A DNA stretch of 64,000 nucleotides from Chiloscyllium plagiosum (lineage: Eukaryota), in NCBI RefSeq assembly GCF_004010195.1, contig NC_057752.1, forward strand, positions 1,087,525-1,151,524, in the 5' to 3' direction. Positions 37,291 through 50,759 of this stretch are shown here, in pieces. The translations under genes were made by a program, and so were the position numbers. The notes under the pieces were generated by a model. It was given only the letters and a program-made list of their open reading frames with translations, was not told the origin of the DNA and searched no databases. Positions within the stretch are counted from its first letter, which is position 1. The number at the start of each line of letters is the position of its first letter.

Positions 37291-39943
37291 TGATGAAACT
37301 CTTGTAGAATTCTACTGTGCGTGTCATGGCCTCTTGAAAGACGTAGGTCATCTCAGATAGTCATCTGCGGCATTCTACCAGCACTCTTCTGTCGAGTCGA
37401 TGTGCACCCTAACTTATTTCACATCATCGCTAAAGTGGCTGTTTCAATGTAACTGGAGCCCCAATCTCCCCTCTCCTTGTCAACGCCTCCTCTCCGATGG
37501 CTTCTCACAAACAATACCTTTCTCCTGCACCTTTCAGAATCAATAATGATCACCGGTTGCATTACCTCAGCAAAAATCAACTGGACATGGTACAGTCACA
37601 CAAAGAGAACTATGCATGGTTCCAAAGTGCTGCATAAGTAAACTGCAGATATTACAACCACTTTGGCTCTGCCCTCTGGAGCAGTAGTTTCAGCATAGTC
37701 TAAACAAGAGCCGACATCTGCAAGCCTCACCTCATGTCAAAGACAGGGTAGAAGTAGCTGGTTACACAGTGAGGCACCAGGAAGGGGTTCAAAGCTTCAA
37801 ACAGAACAGCCTGCGATTCTTCACTGGAGCTGGACTGATGAGTGTGTGTGACAGTGTTTAATTTCGGCCTCTTTTATTCATTTATCGTTTTGAGCCAAAT
37901 CATCCTCTTCCTTCGCTAAAATAGATTGCTCTTCCCATCCTCCCTCCCAGTCCATTAGACATTGCTGGGTTCAAATGTTGGCCTATTCTCCCAAATACCC
38001 TTCAGCACACTCTTTGACATCATTCTAACAAAAAAAATTCAAAATAAGTCTTGAGAAGCAGCAGCTTGTGAAACCCACTTCATCCACGGCTAAATAAGAG
38101 CAGGCGTAGTCCATTTGACGCATCAAGTCTGCTTTGCCATTCAACTCAATCATGGCTGATCTCCTACATCAACGTTATTTTCCCACATCCCTCAATGTCT
38201 TTAACATCTAGAAAAACCCTTTCTTCCCTTCTGAAATATTAACAGTTACCAATCCATGGTCAACGATTTGACTCCACTGAGCCACAGAAAATGTATGGCA
38301 TATGAAGAGGCCATTCAGCTCAGTGCATCTGTGCCCGCTGAGAACCTAGCCTGCCCTTCCTAAGCCCACCTTCCGACACCTTGCCCAATACCTTGCAGGT
38401 TATAGCACTTCTGTTGCAGGTAGGTACCTTTTAACCAAATTCTGAACCACTAAATTGGGCAGTGAATTCCAGACACTGACCACCAACTGGGTAAAAAGGT
38501 CACGTCCTCTCTACCACTTCTACTGGTCACTTCAAAGCTGTGTCCCCTAGTAACTGACCTCTTTGCTGGGAAAAACAAGTCTTCCTAGTCCACTCTATTC
38601 AAACCTCTGATTTGTACACCTTAATTAAGTCACCTCTTAGCCTTAGTCTATCCAATCTTTGTCTTTTTTTAAATGAGAAAGTTGTGTAATCTACTGCCGT
38701 GCTTCCATAGGTTAAGTACACTACAAGATGCCCTGCGTTGTTGTCAGAATACAGAGATGTATCACATTAATGTGTCTCAAATGATTTTCACACTTTGGGT
38801 GCTGTTTGAACTGCTGGCAATGGCAAACTGGATGAATGAATGGGAACGCATCAGGCTGAATATTGAAGACAAGAGTCAGAATGGCCCTCTGAGTTACATC
38901 GATGGGCAGTCCCATTCACCATCAAGGCATGCTGGACAGCCATTATGCATCAGAATTTCCCCCACATAGGCAGCCTGGTCTGTACTGAGTCACTTCACCT
39001 TGACAAGGCTGGCAAAGCTGGTGCTGTGATTACCCAAGAAATTTTTTAGGGGGGGGAAGAGGGGGTGCGGAGAAAGAGGAGACACCTGCACTTGCCAGCC
39101 ATAATGACAAAGCCATTCCAACATGAGACAATTGGGAATGAATACGTACAATGTGTGGATTGTGATGTCAGTGGAGATCAAAGGAAGGAGGGGTTACCAT
39201 TGTGGGTGTTGGGGGAGGGGGGATGTCATGGGATCATGGCAATTGATCTGGTTATACTCCCCAGTGTGAATGGGAGAAGTACAGATGGGAGTAGGGTAGA
39301 AAAGAGCATTCCCATTCGTGCATAATAACTTGCAATCTCAAAAAGACCTCCGCTGTATATATTTGGGTCCAAAAGGAATTCAGATAATCAATATAAACAG
39401 GTCATAAATCTAACATTAAAAACAGCCAGGTTCACCTACTGCAGGAAAAATGACAACTTTTCCATCCCACTCCCAATGCAATCACCAACCACAATTAAAT
39501 CTATTCCTGGAGATTTCAATCACATGATTTGCCCTTACACTTCATCCATTCAAATTAGCCAACATGGCAATCGTCATGACCCACTGCCACCTACACCACT
39601 GAAAAGCAAAAACAAAACCTCATTATCCAATTAGATGAAACAAACATAGAAACTAGGCGGAGGCGGCCATTCAGTCCTTCAAATCTGCTCTGCCACTCAA
39701 TAAGAATGTAGATGATCACCCAACTCAGTACCCTGTTCTGGCTTTCCCCCCCATACCCTTTGACCCTTTTAGACCCAATAACTATATCTAACTCCTTATT
39801 GAGAAAATACAATGTTTTGGTCTCAACCACTTTCTGTGACAGAGAATTCCACAGGCTCCCCACATCTCAATCCTAAATGGCCTACCCCATATCCTTAGAC
39901 TGTGACCCCTAGTTCTGGACTTCCTGGTCATCAAGAATACCTT

Positions 39944-40260
39944 TTAGATTAGATTAGATTAGATTACTTACAGTGTGGAAACAGGCCCTTCAGTCCAACA
40001 AGTCCACTTCAACTCTCCGAACAGCAACCCACCCAGACCCATTCCCCTACACTTACCCCTTCACCTAACACTATGGTCAATTTAACATGGCCAATTCACC
40101 TAACCTGCACATTTTTGGACTGTGGGAGGAAACCGGAGTACCCGGAGGAAACCCACGCAGACACAGGGAGAATGTGCAAACTCCACACAGGCAAATGCCT
40201 GAGGCGGGAATTGAAACCAGGTTTCTGGCACAGTGCTAACCACTGAGCCACCATGCCACC
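39944..40260 (-). mobile_element. HE1-type V-SINE inserted in an old minus-strand CR1 fragment (about 39640-40303)
   Basis: Minus strand: A box TGGCTCAGTGG, B box GGTTTCAATTCC, V-domain gtgtggagtttgcacattctccctgtgtctgcgtgggtttcctccggg, and a (tctaa)n tail. Confidence 0.92.
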
Positions 40261-41958
40261 TACCCTGAATCCTTCCTGCATTTATCCTATCTACCTGTTA
40301 GAATTGTATTGGAAACTTATGAAACTTATTTCTCCCTCTTATTTCATATCTGAAGAGAAATGTTCAAAGAAAATAACGAAAACATTGTTCATTCACATTC
40401 CTGTGATTTATTCCATCAGAGTTGCTCAAAGCAGTGTCCTGGAGATCAAACTTGAATTTTGGGACACTCCAAACCTAATCCTGGAGGTCAGCAACCTTAC
40501 ACCTTGCACCCCACCCCCACTTTCACCCCACAGTCCCTTGACCTCTACACAAACCCATCTGTACAATGCATTAGCTCAAGTGTCTGGCTGTGAACACAGT
40601 TACACAGGCAAATCCAGACGTACAGAATTTCAAAAGACAAAGTCAATTTTCACAGACAATCTCAGTCTCTAAAAGGCCTACGGATTCCATCCTACCCCCA
40701 TGCCCCTACTCTGCAAGTTCACAATCCACAGTCAACTCCCGAGTTGCGTTTCTGGGGGCAACAGTCATGTATTTTTGAAGGCGAAGAAATTCCTTTAATT
40801 CTCAAAGAGTTAAAGACCGGAGGGTTGAGAGGGCGGGGGTGGGGGGTTAACGCATGGGTTTAAAAAAAACCACACGATGTGAAATCCAATCGGTTTCACC
40901 CTTTTAATTTCTGGTTTCCTGTGTTAGTTAACTTCAGTGGAACTGCAACTGATAGAAGAGAAAGATGGGGTGGAAACCATGCAAATGATTTTTTCCCCCA
41001 AAACAAAAGCATTTTGTGCAGTTTTCAGAACACAGTGGGTTTTCATTCTTTAAAAGAATAATGAGGAAATCAAACTGGTTATCAACAAATACCTTTCATG
41101 ATAGGAAGTGCAGAAAACCATTCGGCGCAATGAGTCTGTGCAATCCAATTTGTGCCATTCCTCCACACCCCATCCCCAAGCAATTTCTTTCCCCTGTTTG
41201 GATATTTATACAATTACCTCTTGACAGAGACTGTTGAATTTGTACATACCATCCCGTATGGCAGTGCATTCCAAATCCAAACCACTTGCTGAAAAGGAAA
41301 AGTTTTCTTCATGGAGCCTCTCGTTTTTATGCCAATCGTCTTAAACCTGCACCCTCTGGTTATTAAGCCTTCAGCCATGTCTTTGTACTCTATCAGGCCT
41401 CCCTGTTCTCCTTCTGCTTTGGAGATGGCCAAAAATCAGGATGCTCCAAAATAGAGGAAGCTCGGGCACCAGTGGGTGCTGCTGGAATACTCAGCCACCT
41501 GCTATCAGCATGCAGATGGATTGTAGTCAGTTTCCATCTGGCTTATTAGTGCCAAAATTGACAAGTAGGGATTTAAAGTAACATTGGAAAACATAGCATG
41601 CGTGTACATGCATGTGGAGGTGGTGGCATAGTGGCAATGTCAGTGGACCAATACTCCAGAACCCCCTGTCCTGCAGGAACTTCCCAAGCTTGTCCACCAT
41701 CTACAAGGTTCAAGGCAAGATGGTGATGGAATACTTGTAGGATGAGCGTAATTCCAACACCATTTGAAACCACCCAGACCAAAGCATCCTATGTGATTGC
41801 ATCCACATCATACAGTCATAGAGATGCACAACACGGAAACAGACTCTTCAGTTCAATTCGTCCATGCCGGCCAGATATCCCAACCCAATCTAGTCCCACC
41901 TGCCTGAACCCAGCCCATATCCCTCCAATGCCTTCCTATTCATATACCCATCCAGATG

Positions 41959-43360
41959 GGATAAAAGGTTCTTTTTCAGAATGGCAGCCGGTGACGAGCG
42001 GTGTCCCGCAGGGTTCGGTGCTGGGGCCACAGCTGTTCGCATTATATATTAATGATTTGGATGAGGGAACCGGGGGCATTCTAGCGAAGTTTGCCGATGA
42101 TACGAAGTTAGGTGGACAGGCAGGTAGTACTGAGGAAGTGGGGAGGCTACAGAAGGATCTAGACAGGTTGGGAGAGTGGTCCAGGAAATGGCTGATGGAA
42201 TTTAACGTGAGCAAGTGCGAGGTCTTGCACTTTGGCAAAAAGAATAAAAGCATAGACTACTTTCTAAATGGTGAGAAAATTAATAAAGCCAAAGCACAAA
42301 GGGATCTGGGAGTGCTAGTCGAGGATTCTCTAAAGGTAAACATGCAGGTTGAGTCCGTGATTAAGAAAGCGAATGCAATGTTGTCTCTTATCTCAAGAGG
42401 GTTGGAATATAAAAGCAGAGACTTTATAAAGCTCTGGTTAGGCCCCATTTGGAGTACTATGTCCAGTTTTGGTCCNNNNNNNNNNNNNNNNNNNNNNNNN
42501 NNNNNNNNNNNNNNNNNNNNNNNNNNNNNNNNNNNNNNNNNNNNNNNNNNNNNNNNNNNNNNNNNNNNNNNNNNNNNNNNNNNNNNNNNNNNNNNNNNNN
42601 NNNNNNNNNNNNNNNNNNNNNNNNNNNNNNNNNNNNNNNNNNNNNNNNNNNNNNNNNNNNNNNNNNNNNNNNNNNNNNNNNNNNNNNNNNNNNNNNNNNN
42701 NNNNNNNNNNNNNNNNNNNNNNNNNNNNNNNNNNNNNNNNNNNNNNNNNNNNNNNNNNNNNNNNNNNNNNNNNNNNNNNNNNNNNNNNNNNNNNNNNNNN
42801 NNNNNNNNNNNNNNNNNNNNNNNNNNNNNNNNNNNNNNNNNNNNNNNNNNNNNNNNNNNNNNNNNNNNNNNNNNNNNNNNNNNNNNNNNNNNNNNNNNNN
42901 NNNNNNNNNNNNNNNNNNNNNNNNNNNNNNNNNNNNNNNNNNNNNNNNNNNNNNNNNNNNNNNNNNNNNNNNNNNNNNNNNNNNNNNNNNNNNNNNNNNN
43001 NNNNNNNNNNNNNNNNNNNNNNNNNNNNNNNNNNNNNNNNNNNNNNNNNNNNNNNNNNNNNNNNNNNNNNNNNNNNNNNNNNNNNNNNNNNNNNNNNNNN
43101 NNNNNNNNNNNNNNNNNNNNNNNNNNNNNNNNNNNNNNNNNNNNNNNNNNNNNNNNNNNNNNNNNNNNNNNNNNNNTTCTACAACTCAATGAAGTCCACT
43201 TCAAGGCCGAGATTGATAGATTCTTGTTGTCTAGAGGAATTAAGGGCTACGGGGAGAACGCTGGTAAGTGGAGCTGAAATGCGCATCAGCCATGATTGAA
43301 TGGCGGAGTGGACTCGATGGGTCGAATGGCCTTACTTCCACTCCTATGTCTTATGGTCTT
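41959..43360 (+). mobile_element. Young CR1 (different subfamily, CpG-rich), 5'-truncated, ATG TSD, spanning an N gap
   Basis: Open RT frame [39 protein letters not shown]; tail cctatgtcttatggtctt. Confidence 0.93.
42476..43176. other. Assembly gap (701 N)
   Basis: Run of n. Confidence 0.99.
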
Positions 43361-44162
43361 ATGCCTCTTAAATGTTGCAATTGTACCAGCCTCCATCACT
43401 TCCTCTGGCAGCTCATTCCATATACCCACCACCCTCTGCGTGAAAACGTTACTCTTTAGGTCTCTTTTATATCTTTCCCCTCTCACCCTAAACCTATGCC
43501 CTCTAGTCTGGACTGTCCGACCTCAGGGAAGAGACTTAGTCTACTTATCCTATCCATGGCCCTCATGATTTTATAAACCTCTAAACAGTCACCCCTCAGC
43601 CTCCCAACACTCCAAGGAAAACAGCCCTAGCCTATTCAAGCTCTCCCTATCACTCAAATCCTCCAACCCTGGCAACATCCTTGTAAATCTTTTCTGAACC
43701 CTTTCAAGTTACACAACATCTTTCCAATAAGGAGACCAGAATTGCATACAATATTCCAACAGTGGCCTAACCAATGTTCTGTACAGCCGCAACATGATCT
43801 CCCAACTCCTGTATGCAGTACTCTGACCGATAAAGGAAAGCCTTTGTACCAAATACCTTCTTCACTATCCTATCTACCTGCGACTCCACTTTCAAGGAGC
43901 TATGAACCTGCACTCCAAGGTCTCTTTGTTCAGCAACACTCCCTAGGACCTTACCATTAAGTGTATACGACCTGCTAAGATTTGCTTTCCCAAAATACAG
44001 CACCTCGCATTTATTTGAATTAAACTCCATCTGCCACTCCTCAGCCCATTGGCCCATCTGACCAAGATCCCGTTGTAATCTGACATCACCAACACTCAGC
44101 TTCAGCACATGGTGCACTGCAGAAATTCATCCAACCTTCTTCGACAGCACATTCCAAACCCA

Positions 44163-44443
44163 CGGCTGTCTTACAGCGCCAGAGACCCAGGTTCAATTCC
44201 AACCTTGGACAACTGTGTGTGGAGTTTGCACATTCTTCCCTTGTGTCAGTTTCCTCCGGGTGCTCCAGTTTCCTCCCACATTCCATTAATGTGGAGGTTA
44301 GGGTGGATTGGCCATGGGAAAATATGGGGTTACAGGGATAGGGTGGTGGAGGATTTGGTCTGAACGGGATGCTCTTCAGAGGGTCAGTGCGGACGCGACA
44401 GGCTGACTGGCCTCTTTCTGCACTGTAGCGATTCTACGATTCC
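44163..44443 (+). mobile_element. HE1-type V-SINE, lacking the A box
   Basis: B box ggttcaattcc, V-domain tgtgtggagtttgcacattcttccc...tttcctccgggtgctccagtttcctcccaca, and a CR1-like tail gattctacgattc. Confidence 0.85.
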
Positions 44444-45787
44444 ATCAATGAATCCTGCATTAATCAAAAAGGGACCCGCCTCCTATAGCAGGTTTGTTCC
44501 TTCCTGACCAGCCCAAACTTTGAGAATGAAGTGAAATGTGTTACAAGAATAAGAAAAGTTTCAAACCACCAAAAATGTGGTAAGTTTTGGATTTTTTTTA
44601 AAAACCTCCATCAGAGGTCTTTTCTTATCAGTAAAGATCGATTGATGGACCATGCATGAAAGAGCAAGGGGCTGTAGAGGCAAGAACATTTAAGGCATTT
44701 TCAATGTGGTGCCTGTGCTATCAAGGTGTTTTCTCTGAACTCTCTTGAAAAGCAGGCATTGGCACCTTCCAACACAATCAGGGCAACAATCTGGAGTAGG
44801 AAGCCTGTCTGATCATCCCCACTCACTGGCAGCTCAAGGTCACCAGTTCAACTAGAACACTACAAACCATTTTCTGAGATGAGCTCAGCAGCACAGATGA
44901 GAAACTGAAGTTAAGAACTGGGCAGGTATGAGTCTACCAATCTGGGAGTGCATTTTCCCTACAGAGGTATTGAGGGGGCCAACTGCTTTTCCAAAAAGGA
45001 ACCAATGAAAAGATGGTATGGGCATAGTTTGATTTACTGTGTTTAAACATCGCTATGCTTTTAAGTAAACCATTCCATTCAGTCCCAAAAATGACCACTT
45101 AAAAATATGTTTTAAAAAAGGGCCTCTGTTCGGAATGTCCTCATATAAACAACCCAACTGTGAGGCACCGAGTTGTATAACTCTAAAGTCAAAGCAAGGT
45201 CATAGTTAACAATATCTCAAACAGCAGCACGGACAATAGCAGTTGGCTTGCAAACCATTGCTAAGTACAGCAGTTTCCATTCTGGTAAAAAGTCCCTTTC
45301 CGAATCTCACAGCCAACCCCCTCCAATGTACGTAGCCCTCTAAACATCGACTCCCTGGGCAAAATAAGCAGCTCCGTGGCATTGAACTGGTTCTAGATGA
45401 TATGTGGGGGCAAAGTCCTTACGAGGCCAGTGTGTTCATCAGTTGACTGGACATAAGCCCCTCAATCTCAACTCTTGCCAACTTCTTGCATCCAAGTGTC
45501 TGCTATCATTCAGCCACTGTTTCCTGTATAATACCACCATAGGTCTGTCATTTCTCAGGACCATTCCTAGCTCGGAGCTGTTCCGTGCCCTCACAGGGTC
45601 AACAGCCTCCACATATTGTCACATATGTCCCACTCTTTATCACCTCACTAGAACGTGTCTGTTGCAACAACTTTTCTTTCAGTACAATCAGCATTGGTCA
45701 GTCAGCCTCTATACTCAATATCCATCTTGCCCAGAATTTCAGAAAAATACCTTGTTTCCATTTTTGAACTCCTACTATGTCAGAAGC

Positions 45788-45930
45788 CACAAGGTTTCAG
45801 TGCTGCTCCTTTGTGAGGTGATGCAGAAGCAACACTCTGAAAGCTTGTGATTTCAAATAAACCTGTTGGACTATAACCTGGTGTCATGTGACTTCTGACT
45901 TGGTCCACCCAAGTCCAACACCTTCAAATC
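45788..45930 (+). mobile_element. PLE pseudo-LTR fragment with a short inverted 5' piece (family of 13020-13235)
   Basis: cacaaggtttcagtgctgctcc is roughly inverted relative to gaagcaacactctgaaagcttgtg; followed by aataaacctgttggactataacctggtg. Confidence 0.65.
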
Positions 45931-46887
45931 AGAACTCCTACTGAGACCATCAAGCAGAGGACCCCTTGTTAATCAGCCCAAAGTCCAAAACCTCAGTCAG
46001 TCATTGTTAGCATGGCATTAGCTGTTTGCTCAATTAAAGAAGGGGTTAAAAGTACACTCTTGGAAACTGCAGGAGCGTTGCAGGGTGTTGCGCTTACAGC
46101 CTGCCACACAGATACAATAATTCCTGTTCTTTAGAGAACAAGTAGAGAAAACTCCCTGGGCAAAATAAGCAGCTCTGTGCTGCTTTTAAAAACTTAAATA
46201 TAGGCTTACAGCAGTGGACTGCACACATATTGCATATAGGACATTGACTTAGTCTTACAGCAGATCCAGTTTACTGAAGAGATTTGCCCATAAAGAGAAC
46301 TCCGTCCCTGATGATTGGGAGGCACTGGATAATTTTATCAGTTTTAAGACCATGGTGACTTTTTTATTTAAAAAAGTCAAGAGATGGGCACGGCCTTAGT
46401 TTAGACTAAGTCAGCCCTATCAAATAACACCAGTGTCTTAAATTATGTGGTCTTAAAACACTTTGGGAAACAATGGCATTGTGCCCAATACTGGCAACTG
46501 TATAATTGAGGATTATCCTTTATGCTAAGGAAACAAGTATGCATCGTTCAGGCTGGAGGCCTTACCAGCAAAATTCTTGCCCAAACACTGCATGTACAGT
46601 GGACCCTACAATGAAGTACTCAAAACTAACCAATCCAGGAGAGATCAGCTAGTCACTTAATTTTATTCTTTTCTGGGATATAGGCATTGGTTTTGTTGTC
46701 CATCCCTAATTGCCCTTGAACTGAGTGGACGGCTCGGCCATTGCAGAGTTAACCATACTGATCTGGGTCTGGACACACTTAGGCTAGATCAGAGGCAGAA
46801 TTGCTACTGCATCGCTTGTTCCCTCAAGGATATCAGTGAACTAAATATAGTTTCATCATTAGCAAGACTAGCTTTCAATTCCAGAAC

Positions 46888-47430
46888 TGGTTAGGCCATT
46901 TTTGGAATACTGCATGCAATTCTGGTCTCCCTTCTCGAAGGATGTTGTGAAACTTGAAATGGTTCAGAAAAGATTTGCAAGGATGTTACCAGGGTTGGAG
47001 TGTTTGAGCTATAGGGAGAGGCTGAATAGACTGGGGCTGTTTTCCCTAGAGCATCGGAGGCTGAGGGGTGGCCTTATCGAGGTTTATAAAATCGTGAAGG
47101 GCTTGGATAGGGTGAATAAACAAGTCTTTTTCCTGGACTAGGGAGTCCAAAATTAGAGGGCATAGGTTTCAGGTGAGAGTGGAAAGATTTAAAAGGGACA
47201 TGAGGGGCAAAGTTTTCACACAGAGGATGATGCATGCATGGAATAGAATGAGCTGCCAGAGGTGGTGGTGGAGGCTGGTAGAATGACCACATTTAAAAGG
47301 CATCTGGATAGTATAGGAATAGGAAGGGTTTATGGGGATATGGCAAATGGGGACTAGATTAATTTAGGATATCTGGTCGGCATGGACGAGTTGGACCGAA
47401 GGGACTGTTCCTGTACATCTCGATGACTCC
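46888..47430 (+). mobile_element. CR1 3' fragment inserted in a minus-strand SINE (about 46660-47535)
   Basis: ORF 46902-47141 (EYCMQFWSP..LSYRERLNRLGLFSLEHRRLRG). SINE pieces lie on both sides. Confidence 0.88.
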
Positions 47431-48192
47431 ATTGAACCTAAATTCCAAACACTGCAATGGAGTTTGAATCTGTGGCCCCAGATCATTCACTTGGGCCTTG
47501 AAATTATTAGCCCAATAACTTGACCATTATGCTACCATCTTTGCACATTTGGATACAATCCAACCAGTGAAGGAAAGTGATCTTACAAATTCCCAACCTG
47601 AGCCAGCCATCCCTCCAAAGTCTGATATATATTCCACCTCCGAAATCCTGAACCAGAGTCTCAGTAACATTGGGAACCTGGCTTTATTATTAACATGCTG
47701 GTCCATAGTCTCAGAAATCCAAAGCAAGACCAATATCTATATACATTCCTCGCTCAACAAAAGTTCACTATCTTTTTTAATTGACAGTGTCCATTTTACA
47801 CTGTGTTTCACTTCAATATCTCACATCAAACTAAATAGGCTCAAAGCAACCGATAGGTCTTTGACCCCATTATCCTTGCTGCTGTCTCCATGACTGTAGT
47901 TGCTTTACTCTCAAACACAGCTTTCACATTCCCAGCAGGGAGACAGATTTACAGAGGGTGTGGATGCAGAGTCAGGCACAACAGTGAATCTGCAAATCTC
48001 TGACCTCTGCTCATTTTTGGGAGTGTGCAACTGGCAGACATGTCCTTTGTAGCCAACTTTAAACCAACTTCTCCTGTTACATATCAAAGTAAAATAACCC
48101 AAACCTTTATAAACTATCCATGCAAAATAAATGAACTCAGTAGAATGCATAAAACAGCTGCTACTGCTTGCACAGAAATCGCATCTGAAATA

Positions 48193-49050
48193 ATGTGTGC
48201 AGTTTTGGTCTCCTTACCAGAGGAAGGATGTTCTGGCGATGGAGAGAGTGCAACATAAGGTTTAGATAAGATTAGATTAAATTAGATTACTTACAGTGTG
48301 GAAACAGGTCCTTCGGCCCAACAAGTCCACACCGCCCCACCCATACCCCTACATTTACCCCTTACCTAACACTACGGGCAATTTAGCATGGCCAATTCAC
48401 CTAACCTGCACATCTTTGGAATGTGGGAGGAAACCGGAGCACCCGGAGGAAACCCACGCCGACACGGGGAGAACGTGCAAACTCCACACAGTCAGTCGCC
48501 TGAGGCGGGAATTGAACCCGTCTCTGACGCTGTGAGGCAGCAGTGCTAACCACTGTGCCACCGTGCCGCCCAGTTTACCAGACTGAATCCTGGGATGGCA
48601 GGGCTAATGTATAAAGAGAGACTGGATCGATCAGAACTATATTCACTGGATTTTGAATAAATAAAGGGGACATCTCACAGAAGTCTCCAACATTCTAACA
48701 GGACAAGCCAGGGTAGATGCAGGAAGGATGTTCCCGATGACCAGAGAGTCCAAACCCAGGGGTCACAGTCTAAGGATACTGAGTAGGCCATTCAGGACTG
48801 AGATGAGGAGAAATGTCTTCACCCAGGGAGTGGGGAGCCTGTGGAATTCTCTGTCACAGAAAATGCTTGAGGCCAAAGCACTGAATATTTTCAAGGGGTT
48901 AGATAAAGTTCCGAGGGCTAAAAGGATCAAAGGGTTTGGGGAGAAAGCAGTACCAGGTACTGAGTTGAATGATCAGCCATGATCATATTGAATGGCAGCA
49001 CAGACTCAGAGGGCTAAATGGCCTACTCCTGCAACTATTTTCCATGTTTT
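48193..49050 (+). mobile_element. CR1 3' fragment hosting an HE1 SINE
   Basis: gtgtgcagttttggtctcc...aaggttta|gtttaccagactg; ORF 48728-48982 (RGHSLRI..PFRTEMRRNVFTQ); 3' UTR present. Confidence 0.88.
48265..48572 (-). mobile_element. Full-length young HE1-type V-SINE, TSD gttta
   Basis: GGGCGGCACGGTGGCACAGTGGTTAGCACTGC head, B box GGTTCAATTCC, V-domain and (tctaa)n tail; gttta at 48260-48264 and 48573-48577. Confidence 0.95.
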
Positions 49051-50759
49051 TACATATCCAAGCCCGATTAAGATCCAATACATTACACACACAAGTACTT
49101 TCCAGCACAGGACACAGGATAGTGGTCAGGTTGGTTTGCCCTATCTCAAACCATGATGCCAACTGAAGAGCTCCAACCCAACACTAACTGCAATCAATGC
49201 ACACCAGCAGAGACCGAGCAGCATAAATCCCCTTTCAATTGGGCTGCAAGGTTTAGTTTGAGATGGCTTCCAGGCTTACCCCCTGGCACACATCAGCTTC
49301 ACTGAAAACCATTTCATGGCCCGTTGAGAACACAAGACGGGGAGGTGAACTGGGCTTCAAAGACCTGGTTCTGGAAAGGGTGTCTGGTTGAATGGTGATG
49401 TAATCTCTCCTTTAGCCCAAATTTGCCCAAGAGTAGATTACTTAACCGCCAGGAGATCCCAAGAGAGATCCCCATCAACAATTGTTCACATGATTACCGT
49501 GCCAATAAACACAAACTTCTGGGGCAGGGGTGAAGAAAGAGAAAGGGTGGGTGAGAAAAAAAAGAGGAATTCTATTTGATTGCACGAGGCAATGAATTCT
49601 CAATACAAATGGAACATTCATTAGCACTCATTACACTTAAACAGGACTTGCAGCTTCCAAAGAAAACACAGACTCTCAATCATTAAAGTGTGCAGACAGT
49701 ATTTTCCCTGCACCCATCCCCCAAACTGCCTCTCCTCTCCTTCGAGCAGCAAATTCCCACATGGTAAAGCTCACTCGCAAGCATCAGCAATACCTTGTTC
49801 TCATGGCTATTTCAACATCCAAGCCTGAACAACTTGCATTTATATAGCACTTCAAATGCTGTGAAACATCCCAAAGTGCTTTACAGGAGCTGTATCAGGA
49901 CAACATCTGACACTGAGCTATATTTACTTGGACAGGTGACCAAAAGCTTGGTTTTGAGGAGCATCATAAAGGAGATGAGAGATCGAGAGGCTTGCAGAGA
50001 GATTTTCAGAGTTTAAGGTCCAGGCAGCTGAAGACAAAGCAAATGATGGAGCAAGAGGCATTGGGAATGGTTGTTAGCCAGATCTGGAGAAACAGAGATT
50101 GAGATTGTGGGGCCTGGAGACAGTTGTTCAAATATTTTGACCGCAGAGGGATTTCTAAATGGTACCCATGCTTTCCCTCATCTGCACAGCTACGGGATAG
50201 TGGACAGAACTAGGATTGAAGTTCAAACATCCAGTTCATAGCTTAACAGCACTAAACTGTGCCTCAACTGTAATTAAACCGCAGACTGAGGAGTGAACCA
50301 GAAACCTTACTAACCTTTGGTGACTTTGTACTGCAATGTGTTTTTATTGACTAAGTTGCCAAGTTACTTCAGATTATTCTAGTTTATATAAATGTTTTTA
50401 AATGCATATTTTAGTTAACTTGTTGAAAGAAAGAAACGTACAGAACATTCTTTAAATAGCTCAGAATAGCTTGGATAAAAGGAGCTGGCTCTGCCATAAC
50501 TCCAACCCATTCACTTTTGATTAAATTGTCATGACCATCGCTCAAGGATCAAAAAGAGCCCAGGGAACACTCCATCTCACCATCACTCTGCAGTCAGAGA
50601 CCTGGATTACATCCTTTGTTGCACAAAGGAAGGGAACATCAACATGAAATGCAACAGATTATGTTTTGTGGATGCACCACACAAATTGGCCACCAAGCTG
50701 ATCACCAATTGGTGAAGATCACTGTGAAACTAGTCAACAAGAGCTCACAGTGCCACTTT

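Larger units (their letters stand above)
41810..44083 (-). mobile_element. Minus-strand CR1 (host), interrupted at 41959-43360; itself inserted in an L2-like fragment
   Basis: The 3' UTR at 41810-41958 ends catccagatg and resumes atgcctcttaaatg at 43361. ORF 43767-44117 (LQRDLGQMGQWAEEWQMEFNSNKCEVLYFG). Confidence 0.9.

Noticed and set aside
41742..43299. ORFs of 511, 315, 276 and 247 aa
   Set aside because: Their length is an artefact of the 701-N gap; the real part is CR1 RT.
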